From the human T2T-CHM13v2.0 reference genome, Homo sapiens: a stretch of 64,000 nucleotides of DNA. The stretch lies in the NCBI RefSeq assembly GCF_009914755.1, contig NC_060929.1. One strand, written 5' to 3'. This document shows positions 42,187-55,565 of this stretch, one piece after another. The notes below the pieces were generated by a model. The model was not told the origin of the DNA, searched no databases, and was given only the letters and a program-made list of their open reading frames with translations. A program made the translations under genes and the position numbers. Position 1 is the stretch's first letter. Each line of letters opens with the position of its first letter.

Positions 42187-42315
42187 ATAGTTATATAAAC
42201 TACTAGTAGTATATAAACTACTGTCATTTTCCTGAGTTGGGTAAATTCAAAAAAGTAGAAAGAAAAATGCAAAGAAAATTTCCTATAATTCCATTTATAG
42301 TATATATGTATGCCT

Positions 42316-42346
<31 letters not shown>

Positions 42347-43911
42347 GAGATATATCTGGATAGTGTTTTATAATATATTTCTCACATGATTTACTATTCT
42401 TGTAAAATTTTATTTGTAAGGACTACATGTGATTCAATATGTAGTTTCGCCATTGGTTATTTAAGCATTCCACCCCTGTTGGATATTAAATTTCTTGGTT
42501 TCTACCATTACAAAAAGCTGAAAGAGTGAGCCACCCTGCATATTTTGTATACATCACTGATAATTACCTCAAGAAAACATCCTACAAGGTGAGTGATTCA
42601 GGAGTATGAACCTACTGCTGAATCACCCTCCAAAAAGGTTGTAGATCAAAATACGCTCTCTCATCAGTATATGAGAGGGATGACTTCCCATATTTTTCCC
42701 AGCACTAGATGTTAACATTTATTAAAATGTTGGTTTCATTACTAGTCTAAAACATAGCATTCATTCATTTCTAAAGGTTACATTAATTTGACCAAAAGAT
42801 GCTGACAAACGTTTTTATGTATTAAGGAGAGCATAGGTATACATTGTGAATGGCATGTTCACCCCACCTCATCCACTTTCTATTAAGATATCCATATTCT
42901 TATTTGCACAGTTAAAACTTTAAATTCTCTGTGCTTTTTAAAAATCTCTTAAGATTGCTCTGACTCAAGACTACCAAGTAGGTGTTCAGTGCCAAAGAAC
43001 AATAGACTCCAACCACACAACTAGTTCCCATGCTACCTGAAAAAGGGCTTGGTTTTTTTTTTTTCTGCCACCTTCACGCTCTTACGCATTTGCAGTAGGT
43101 GCATCTTAGTGCATCTACTTAGCGCAGCATATGAAACCACAAACAAAACTGTCCCAGGGACCTTGAAGTCTGTCTTCCACTTCCCAGGGCCCCTTCATCC
43201 TCCTTTTGGTTCCCCTCAGAATGTCCAAGTGAATCCCTTTGTGCATCCCCACCTGGTTTAGTATTGAGGCAAATGGGAAATGCCCAGAAGAAATACCGAC
43301 TTGAACCACTAGTGTGAAATACTAACTCACAGCAATTCACTCCACACAAGTTGGCAACTTCTGACATAAAGCAATGGCTGATAAGTATAATGACGAGGAA
43401 TCTGATGCTTGGTGATACAACAGTAGCCACAGAAATGGTCGGCAGTGAATATCTGATTACCTGGCTCAAATCTATTTCCAATGTTGGGATCTCCAGGGTC
43501 CATTTAAGTATCTTCAAACAAATGTTCCAGCCGAGATATTTATGGGATTCTCTACAGGCAGCTGACTGGCTGCTGTGGGAGGAAGTCCAAAGCTGAGATA
43601 TTTGTCCTAGCTTGAAAACTGTCAGTACTATTTGTATGAATGCGTTCAAAGTGGCCATGTTTCTTCATAACTTTTTGGACTAGTTCAACAGGGACATGAA
43701 AGAAGGACACTAAACTGATTCCTACATGGAAGCTTCCATTGCTTACTGTCTGCTTGGAACTCTGAGGGTGACATTTATTATAAAAATAGCAACAGTTAGT
43801 TATAATTGCTGACACATTCCATGCTTTCAAATTGAAACTAATAATCTCATTACTCTTATTTCCCTCACCTCCTCCTAAAAACTCATATGATAGCACATTT
43901 TTCTGTGATTC

Positions 43912-43999
43912 CTATCTCAGCCGATTCTTTGCCTACTTTGCATACTTTGATCAAGCTCGGTTTTCTGAGAGGAGGCACTGGAAAATCTGCTTTTTTCAT
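43912..43999 (+). repeat. 88-bp dispersed direct repeat, copy 2 (probable donor)
   Basis: CTATCTCAGCCG...GGCACTGGAAAATCTGCTTTTTTCAT shared with 42099-42186. Confidence 0.95.
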
Positions 44000-44159
44000 C
44001 ACCTATACAGGAAAAAAGAGGATTCTATAAGTCTAAAGCAAAATTATAGATCGGGGTTTCAACCGTGAACTTGGGTTTGTTCTTTTTAAAGCTTAAATAA
44101 TGAATGAGGACTTCTTTGAGGAAGTGTGGCTTTCTTTGGGGAAATTTATAAGCACCTGA

Positions 44160-44345
44160 TGGCTGAGACCGCAGGGCGTGGAGTCAGAAATTGGTTCAAA
44201 TTCTGGGCTTGCTGCTTTCTAGTTTAGGGTGTTATTTTGAGTGAAATAGGAATAGGGAAATGGGTTGTTGTGAGAATCAAATGAAATGACACAGGTACAC
44301 AAAGCACACTCAATGAGTGTTGATAAGTATTGTCATTGTTATGAT
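44160..44345 (+). mobile_element. MIR SINE
   Basis: GGAGTCAGAAATTGGTTCAAATTC...GGGTTGTTGTGAGAATCAAATGA. Confidence 0.65.
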
Positions 44346-44801
44346 TAAAACTTGACAAAAATCCTTTCGTTTAACACTCAGGACATCTGTGAGTCGGGTG
44401 TTTACTGGTTCCTCTGCTTCTCAATGACACCCACATTCCCAGTTGATTCTTACAGGCCCAGTCCTGCTTTTCATGAGAATAGAAAGGAAAAAATATGGGA
44501 TGACTTAAGAGATGCCAGATGAATCTTTGCCCCGAAGGCAACTGTTTATTCAGCTCATTCAACGAACAAATAATTTCACTGATGATTTATTGTTTTCCTC
44601 AGTGAAATTTTCCTTCATACATCCATAATTAAAAAGGGTGCAGAACAGTAAATCGGTGAACCTGTCATATGACATTTGTTAGCATCGAAAACCAAGGCAT
44701 CATAGCTTTTAGAAAAGAAAAAACGAAGAGGTTAGATAGGCCCTGATGTATGGATTTTTTTAACTGGCTGTCATTTCAGAAATGAAAAAGTGTGAGGTGT
44801 C

Positions 44802-44834
<33 letters not shown>

Positions 44835-44900
44835 GTTTAAAGAATGGAGACCAAAATGTAAAGTGAATGTAATGCCCTGTCTTCCAATATAATGACCTAA

Positions 44901-45423
<523 letters not shown>

Positions 45424-46310
45424 TAAAAGTGGCAGCAAGTAATCATTTGATCTGAGGGTCTGATTATAGAGAAATAAAATTTTAACTTTGACAGAGACTT
45501 CAGAGCCAAAAAAGCAGAGCTTGGCCCCTGACTTTAATGCTAAGCAAACAAATGGCTTTGGGATCCAACTCTACAGTGTGACACATGGATCTAATAATGA
45601 TACTTGTAAAAAATATCATGAGAGAGAAATGATGGGAGAAATTCAAGGAACACATGTATTTCTCCCATACAGATCCTGTTATAACTGAATGTCACTCTTT
45701 GGCAAATTCTGCAGACATAAAAATGAACCCGATGCAAACTGAATTCGCTAAGTTCATCCTGGAGCACCTAACCGCGTCTCCCCTCCTTCCTCCCCCAGCC
45801 CCCCACAATGTTAACTGAGAACCTGATAAATCAGCAAACCGTCTAGAAGCCTCATTAAACCTCCAAGCAGTGCCTAGTCTCACAAGAGAGTAGCATTTTG
45901 AAGGAGACAGGGAGCAACAACAGACATAATCATGAGGAAGAAAAACACCAGAATAAAAGAAACATCAATAAAATATACCATGCACCATTAAGGACCACCT
46001 CGAGATAAGATACTCAGCGTGGCAGTAAAGATCACAAATGAATTAATGTCAAAAAAACAATGTGTGGTCTATAATAATATGTCAGACTGGGTTGAAAATC
46101 ACAGCTGCCTAGGGAACTGTGCAGCACTCCCAGCCCTCCGTTTGTGGGGTAATTGTGCCAGTGACTCTTAATGCTGCTGACAGAGACCTTGCAACATCAC
46201 TTTTTTTCACACAACACACCCAATTTGTCGGAGCAACCACATGCCATCTAGGCAGGCTGTCCATTCATTGGAAGAATAGGTCATTTTTATGTAAAAATTG
46301 TCATCCTCAT

Positions 46311-47140
<830 letters not shown>

Positions 47141-47555
47141 ATTAATATGTTTTATATATGTATATTCATATATGTATATATGTATGTATATTTATATGTT
47201 TTTGTCTCTCTCTATATATACACACACATACATGCAGTTAACTTGTATTTTACACATTGTATAGCCAAAAGAACCGTGAATTCTTTTTGACCAAATTCAA
47301 CCCTGTGATCCTAGCACATCTCATAACCATAGCCCTAAGGCTCACTGCTCTTACTGCCCAGACATCTTGCTGCCATCTCAGACCAAGAAGCTGGCGTCAT
47401 TGCCATCTGTAGTACTCTAAAAGAAGCATTCGGCCTCATGGACACTAGATAGTGGGATGATATTGTTTGTCTCCTCAGAGCAGAGCTTTACAAGCTGCCT
47501 GTGATTAAAAACAAAAACAAAAACAAAAAAACAAAACAAAACAAAAAAAACTTTA

Positions 47556-47862
<307 letters not shown>

Positions 47863-50489
47863 CCTTTTATCCCCCAGTTCCTCAGAGACCATTTATATAT
47901 GGCTCTTCTGCACAAACCCAGGTAGAGTTTGCACCCCATGTGACTCCCCATTCAAGGTTGCCATTATACCACTCAAGGAGCTGAGTCTACTGAGCAAGTG
48001 CTTTGCTTCCTTGTGGCAGTGTCAAGCTACTATAGAAGTGTCTAACCCTTAGCTCTAATCTCCTTTATTTATCTCATCAAACGCTGATTGGATGAGGCCA
48101 GTGGCGCACACTTAGCCGTGCTGGGCTAACACAGTTGGCTCCTATCAGTTAGAATTCAACTGAAGGCTTGCATCCCCATGGAGCATTTCTCATTCACCAG
48201 CCTGTTTTAGGACACGATGAAATGCCTCCTACATAGCACTTACCTCAATTCGAAACAACACTTTGATTTTTGAGATGATTGTATTGGTATCTAGTACCAT
48301 GACCCAACTCTAGGGTCCGTGAAACTCCCACAATTTTGCCTGCCATTGTGTCCTCAATGCCCAGTGCACAGTAGACACTCAATACATAACTGTTTAATGG
48401 AAGAGTGACTGCATCAGTAGTGACTTCTGACAAATGATGAAACACAATAAGACCATGGGCTAACTCGAAATACGTTTAAGCCCAATAAAATTACATTTGG
48501 CATAAGAAGATAGGGATCATGCTTGCTCTGAGAATTTGAGGACGTTTTTTGTTTGCTTGTGTGTTTGTTTTAGATTTAAATGAGGGAAATCGCACTTTTG
48601 AAAGCACCAAACTGTGTCTTACATATACATAGTAGACACTTGAAAAGCATCCATTTCGAATTAATCATTTTGAGAGCTTAGCACAACCTTAGCAGTTAAA
48701 CTGTCTGTTACTATTTTCAAGAAAGTCTATACTTGTCCAACTGTATTTGTTTATTTGAGAGTCACATTTAACCAGGACTTATTTCACTCTGTATTCTTAA
48801 TATTTGTAGGGTTGGTGGGGGAGGGGGTACAAAATAATATTTTCCTAAACAAATAGAGCCTGATTTATTCAGGAAAATAGAGATTATAGATGGTTTGCAG
48901 GAAAAAGAAGGTTTGAAAACAAAACCTGTGAGCAGATTGTTTTCAAGTACTTTAATAGGCTCAGCTGCTTCCTCTCCTCCACTTTTCTTTTCCATGAATA
49001 TAATAATAATGATGATAAAGGTTTATGCTGGACCCATTATAACAATAGGGACTATCACCAAAATATTCTAAAACTCTCTTTCAACTATAGGAGATGATCT
49101 TCAGAGAAAACACTTGAAATTGCTACTTTGTGTTATCAAGCTCTGATGATTTGGGGTATATTGTTTCTTCTGTGTGGCCCTACTTCAAATTAAGGCTGGA
49201 TAATGGTAGGCAAAACAGTCAGAAGCATGCTTTCACTGGTGAGGCATCTCTTTTGGCTGAGTTAATCTTTATAGTGAAGATATACATTGAAAGTATATGT
49301 TTCCTTACTGCCTGTACAGCTTAGTTTGCTCAGTGTCCAGGTGGCTTTAGTTATGACTTATGACTCAAGGATAGCATTTTAGGAGAACCAGTGGGAAAAA
49401 AAAGTAGTATAAATGTAAATGTAAAAGATACAGCTCATTCTGTCTTTGAAATCGTTGATGTGAAAAGAGCTCAACAGTGTTTTATTTAAACAAGGTCGGC
49501 TTCGACCTTGATTGACTTGCAGTAAATTGCCTGGTACAAGAGGCAAAAGGAAATGGAGAGAAAAATGGCAATCAGCACCAAATGTTTCACATATTGATTG
49601 ACAAGCACCAGAGATGTGCTAGAGTAAGACAAATTGGCCAACAGGGCCCATCTTGACAGCTCTTGAGATGGGAAAATTGTTCTTGTTAATTTGCTGCAGG
49701 AACCTTGTCATTTATGGAATGTGCACGTGAGTGTCTCCTAATTGTGCAAACAAAGTTCAGTTTCCTACACAGCCTTGTTGTGTTATTGGGTTTGGTAATT
49801 CTTTGGTCTGAATCACCAGGATGCATTTGTAAATGGCTTTTAAATTGGGGGACAAAAGGGGAAGTGGTGCACCTGCTATAAGATGGCATTTTCAACTGAA
49901 ATATAGCAAATTACTTGGTGGACATTTTCCGTTTAACAATAGATTTCAGACAAACTCATGTGCATAAGCTCTCCTTCCATCTGTCTGCCATGATTCTCTT
50001 CTGCCGTACTGGATCTAATTGCCTTTATCTCAATGCAGGTTTGAGTTTGGGGGTTTTCAGGTATGTAAATTTTATTTTAGGAGTTTGGTAGTGGCCAAAA
50101 AAAAAAAAAAAAATCCTTCGTAGACTTTTCTATCTTCGCCCCTTCAGTATTTCTATCTTTCTCTTTTAGTCTTCTCCTAACACTTCTCTAATATCCTCCT
50201 CCCTCTCTCCCTCTATGCTGAATTAGTGAATGTCTGTTATCACCCAGGTACCTCTTTACACCTCTCTCTGTAAGATGCACTGTATTATGGACCAGACTGC
50301 CAAGGAGACCCATCCAGAAGCCAACGTTCAGTCTTGTTTGTCATTTTTTCCAAATTAGGTAAAAATGCATTTTCATTTAGGGTATAATTTAAATTAAAGC
50401 ATTGTCACAGACGTTTTTGTTTTAATGTTTTACAAGTAGAAGCCCTCACCATCATTATTACCCCTTCCCCCGAGTCCCCCCCTCCCGCG

Positions 50490-50490
<1 letters not shown>

Positions 50491-50527
<37 letters not shown>
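50491..50527. repeat. (CA)18 microsatellite
   Basis: Read directly from sequence. Confidence 0.95.
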
Positions 50528-50529
<2 letters not shown>

Positions 50530-51199
50530 CACGGCCCCACTCTCTCTCTCTGAATTTTTCAGGCCATTACTGCATTCTTGCTTGGGCAGGAATGGAAAGG
50601 TCTTTATTTTCATTTAAATGGGCTGTATGAAAAATAAATCTTAACTTCCAAGACCTGTTCTTAATCACCTTCATTAATGTCGCAGCTCAGAACAATGCAT
50701 CACTTTCCTACTGTCTAAGAGGAAGATCCAGACTCAAAAATATTCATGATTTCCATATTACTTTGTACAGGCCCCTTTAACATTAACTTGTTCCAGTGTT
50801 GGGCAGGTCACATAGATGCTTAAAACAGCTGGCATATGGAATAAAATATGGGAATAGTGGGGGGAATATGTACCCCACTGAAGGCATTCAGTGTCATAAC
50901 TACAGACAGACAAATAGACAGAATATTGTGGAAGCTTTAGAGCTGTAGGGTTTGTGATCCCTAGCCTAGACTTACCATTCTTAACCTGTTTTCAAAAACA
51001 CTCTTCGCTGATTATCTCATTTTGTCTTCAAAATAGCCCTGGAAAGTAGGTGCATGAGACTCCATTTTCCCCATTTCACATTGAAAACAGAAGCATCAGA
51101 AAGTCAACTAAACTTGTTAGATGGAGGCAGGGAAAGGAACCTGGACAGCTGGCCCGACTGCTCCTACAGTGACCTTTCCACTTAGCATTCTCTCATCCA

Positions 51200-51540
51200 T
51201 TTGATGTCACTCAACAGCTGCTTCCAGCCTCATCCTTCACCCCATCTTCTTCGCAATGCCCAACTCTAAAATCACCTTCTCTCTCCAGTTGTCATTGACC
51301 TCACCTTCCCCAGGCAGAGTTCACTGCACCCTCTTCTGGGTTGCAATGTCCCTGAAAGCAGGTCCCTTTCATAGTAGCTACCAGGTTGACAATGCAGCCA
51401 CCTATTTACATGTCTATCTCCCTCACTGAAGTGTGGATTCCTCAAGGACACAGACTGTGTCTGGTTCCATGTCACTTTCCTTGTGTCTGGCACTGCTTCT
51501 GCCACGTAGTCAGACCCCAGTGAATATTGGTTGAATGAAT
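51200..51540 (+). mobile_element. L2 3' end
   Basis: TGTCTATCTCCCTCACTGAAGTGTGGATTCCTCAAGGACACAGAC...TTGAATGAAT. Confidence 0.7.
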
Positions 51541-52198
51541 TTGAAGTGTTAGTAAACACACACTACAACACAACTTAGAAAAGTGCTCAGTCCAGAGTTC
51601 CCATCCTAAATTTCTTCTCCATCTGCATGAATTCACTGTGCCTGAATGGCAAGTCATTTCATTTCGGAATTATCCTGAATCAGAAAAGAGAAGGCAAGAG
51701 AAGCTCTGGCCATCAGCAGCATGCGGATTGCTAGAAAATGTTTATCCCCAGGAAGCCTAGAAGTGCTGGGGAGTCTTTTTTAGAATGCTCAGGTGTTGTT
51801 TCTGTGATGCCAAGAATCTTCCAAAAGATTGAGATGAAGCCACAGAGAAAAATGCTTCAATGTTTCAATAACATTAAAAATTTAAATGCTAGAATATTTT
51901 AGGTTTCTTTGATTTACAAATTAATACCCCCAAATATGTATATAAACATTCCCAAGGCTGAGGTTCACCAAGGACCAATTTATTGAACAAGAAAGCCTCT
52001 TTGGATTCTCCTTAAGTGGCACCTTTTGGTTCACATAAATAAACTTGTCTTCCCCTCTTCTACCTCCTCTGAAAGAAGGTTGTGTGAATTGAAACTGCAG
52101 AATCATATTCCAAAGATCGTTGTGCGTTATCCTGAGGACAGGAAGGGCACAGCATCAGAGAATCTTCCTTTTGGATTGGACCACAGAAGTCATTTCAA

Positions 52199-52537
<339 letters not shown>

Positions 52538-52544
52538 TAACATC

Positions 52545-53390
52545 CTCTCTAAGGGCCATCTAACATCTGCTTAAATGCCTCCACCCACAGTGAACTCACT
52601 TCCACACAAGAAAGCCCATTTCATTTGTGTACTGATCAAATCACTAGAAAATCTACTATTCTATTAACCCAAACTCATTTTTTCTATCACTTCTATTCCT
52701 TGGTCTCTGTTATGCCCTCTGCAAATAAACAAATCAAATGCCAACCTCCTTGCACAGGACTGGACTGCATAGCCTGAATTGAACCTTCCCCTGTACACAC
52801 AAGACCCTGTCTGTCCAAGTCTCCAGTTCTCCTGAGAATCCTAGATTCCTTCATACCTTCACCTCACTGAAAGTTAGCGCATCTCCACCATTTGCCCATT
52901 TACTTCTGAACACCTTCAATACAGATGTTCATTTTGAAATGTTTCTGTATCTATGAGTATGTTCTGACTAAATCTCAGAGCAAAACTGGAAGAAGTACAG
53001 CTTCTTTTCATTAGAACTTTGACTTCTATTCGTGGTTTATTTGGGCCAAACATATTAATCTGTGTCTCCTGCAGAGATTATACTGATATAAAACTCCAAA
53101 GCCTTTTTTTATATTTGCTTCCGTTCAGTCATATTTTCCCATCTACTACTAACAGTTTTATTTTTCTTTTAACCTAAGTGCAACACTTTACACTTACCCT
53201 TTAGATTTCAGTTTGGGTAATTTGGACATATTTGGATCTTTATTATTTTCCAGAATATATGTTCATTCTTCTAGCTTTATGTTCCCTACAGATAAGATGA
53301 CCGTTTCTCTCCTTATGTGTTTCTCAACATACATGCTGAGCATGCCCAATAACAGAGCCCTGTGGTACATCATTAGGAACATGTAGAGAA
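52545..53390 (-). mobile_element. L3/CR1 relic
   Basis: CATCTGCTTAAATGCCTCCA...GAACTCACTTCC...AGCCCATTTCATT resembles antisense CR1; extent uncertain. Confidence 0.45.
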
Positions 53391-53417
53391 ATAGACTTCA
53401 GTGGACTACAGTGAATG

Positions 53418-53471
53418 GCTGAGTAGGTCATGAGAGCTGAGTGGATCGTGAGAACTGAATAGGTCATGAGA
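53418..53471. repeat. Three copies of an 18-bp tandem repeat
   Basis: GCTGAGTAGGTCATGAGA, GCTGAGTGGATCGTGAGA, ACTGAATAGGTCATGAGA. Confidence 0.85.
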
Positions 53472-54198
53472 GTTCTTCAAAGTGTTAAATAGTGAGTGCA
53501 TAATAGAGTTGCCATAGATCTTACCCTTCAATTGAAAACCCAAGTGTCCATAATGATCAGCTAGGCAATATGAATGAATGAAATAAGAGGGCATGGTGGG
53601 GTTTGTGGTAAAGTGGAGAGTGCATATGTAAATCAAAGCCACTAAAATTCAATTAAAAGAAAAAAACACTGTTTTACTGTTTTGGCAAATATATATATAT
53701 AAAACATATTATATATTTTGTATGTATATATCTTCATATATACACACACATATATCTATATGCCAAATGAGGCCAGTGGGCTGCCACAGGGCCAGCTCTG
53801 CTCCAGAGAGCAGCATTAGAACCAAGGAATAGACTTGTATGTTTCTACTATGTAGAGCCATCCTCTTAATGATTTCTCGGACAGTCATTGCTAAAAAGCT
53901 ACTGCTCTAAGCACTTTTTCTCCTTGGGTAGTTGTTGAGACATTGGTTCACTCTCTGGTGACTTTTTTCCAGAGCTGACAGTATCAATGTTATTTCCATT
54001 TATGGTTGATTTAAAAACTGTCAGAGAGGTTGGTTTCCTTGATGAAAAATTTGGGAGGCTAAACGTCTTCCCCACTTCTACCCCTTTCCCAACCCCCTGC
54101 TACGGGTGATCCTGACACTAGATTAGATGGACCACTTAAAGCAGGCTAGTTTTTTGTTTGTTTTTTGTTTTTTGGGTTTTTTTGGCCACATTGTATAT

Positions 54199-55565
54199 TG
54201 TGTTAGTTTCCTATTGCTGGTGTAACAGATTACCACAGACTTGGTGGTTTAAGACAATGAAAATGGATGATCTATCTTACAGTTCTCTAAGTGAGAAGTC
54301 TAAAAGCAGTCTCAATGGAATAAAATCAAGGTGTCAACATGACAGCATTTCTTCTGGGGACACCATGGGAGAATCTACTTCCTTGCCTTTTCCAGCTTTT
54401 ATAAGCTGCCTGCATTCTTTGGTTCATAGCCCCTTCCTCACATCAGTCCAACATCTGCTTCTGTGGTCATATCTCCTAGACCGCTAACCCTCCTGCCCCC
54501 TCTTATCTCCTTATCTCAAGATCTTTAACTTATTACAGCTGCAAATTCCTTTTTACCATGTGCACCAACTACCAGAGACAGGAAAAAAAATTGTTTTTCC
54601 CCACTCTCACACTTCTGACACTTTATTCTGATGAAAAAATAAAATCCAATCATTTTTTCTCTCTCCACTCACACTCAACACACAGAACACTTCACTTCTG
54701 GTTACCATCATGTTCAAGGGTTTCTGCCCACCAGCAACCAATCAGCTCTCCAGTGGACACCAGCTGGGTGTCCACTACTTCAATTCAATTCTGACACTAT
54801 CTACCTGGAGGTAGCATCGGATCCCACAGGTTAAGGGCCCAGTCCCTCAAGACTGCTCCCACTTCAGATGTTAATCACAAGTCCCATGTTGTGACTTGTG
54901 CTTCTAAATGACCTGGTATAAATCAGAGGACCCATGACCCCTTCCTTGGGTTCTATTAATTTGCTAGAGGGATTCACAGAACTCAAGGAAATATTTTACC
55001 TACATTTTTACCTACATTTATCCATTTATTATAAAGAATTTTACAAAGGACACAGATGAACAGCCAGATAGAAGAGATGCATACGGCAAGTAAGATTGAA
55101 GGGGTGTGGAGCTTCCATGCCTCTCCAAGTATGCCACCCTCCAGGAACTTCCACAGATTGAGCTATCCAGAAGCTCCCCAAATCCTATTCGTTTTGTTTT
55201 TTATGGAGGCCTCAGTGCAAAGGCAGGATTGATTGCATCATTGTCCGTGGGTGATCAACTCAACCTTCAACTCCTCTCTCCTCGCTGGAGGATGGGCTGA
55301 AAGTCCCAACACTCTAATCATGCCTTGGTCTTCTGGTGACCAGCCCCCACATCCCAAAGCTATCAAGATGACCCCAGCCACCAGTCGTCTCATGAGAAGA
55401 CAAAAGACTTTAGAAGACAAAAGACATTCATATCTCCAGAGATACCAAGGATTTTAGGAATTGTATGCCAGGAACCAGGATATTTCACAATATCACAGTA
55501 ACATGTTCACAGGGTCCAGGAATTAGAACCTGGATGATTTGGGGACCATTACTGTGCACACCACA
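54199..55565 (-). mobile_element. MLT1 MaLR LTR (54199-54561 and 55498-55565) split by a nested LTR
   Basis: TGTGTTAGTTTCCTATTGCTG start; GTAACATGTTCACAGG...CACCACA end. Confidence 0.75.
54562..55497 (-). mobile_element. MER21A/B-like LTR nested in MLT1
   Basis: CAATTCAATTCTGACACTATCTACCTGGAG...GATCCCACAGGTTAAGGGC; ends ATTTCACAATATCACA. Confidence 0.8.

Noticed and set aside
43119-43658. 179-aa ORF (- strand)
   Set aside because: No recognisable homology or coding-like composition; likely chance.
54752-54776. Palindrome AGTGGACACC-AGCT-GGGTGTCCACT
   Set aside because: Lies inside the MER21-type LTR and appears to be part of its consensus.
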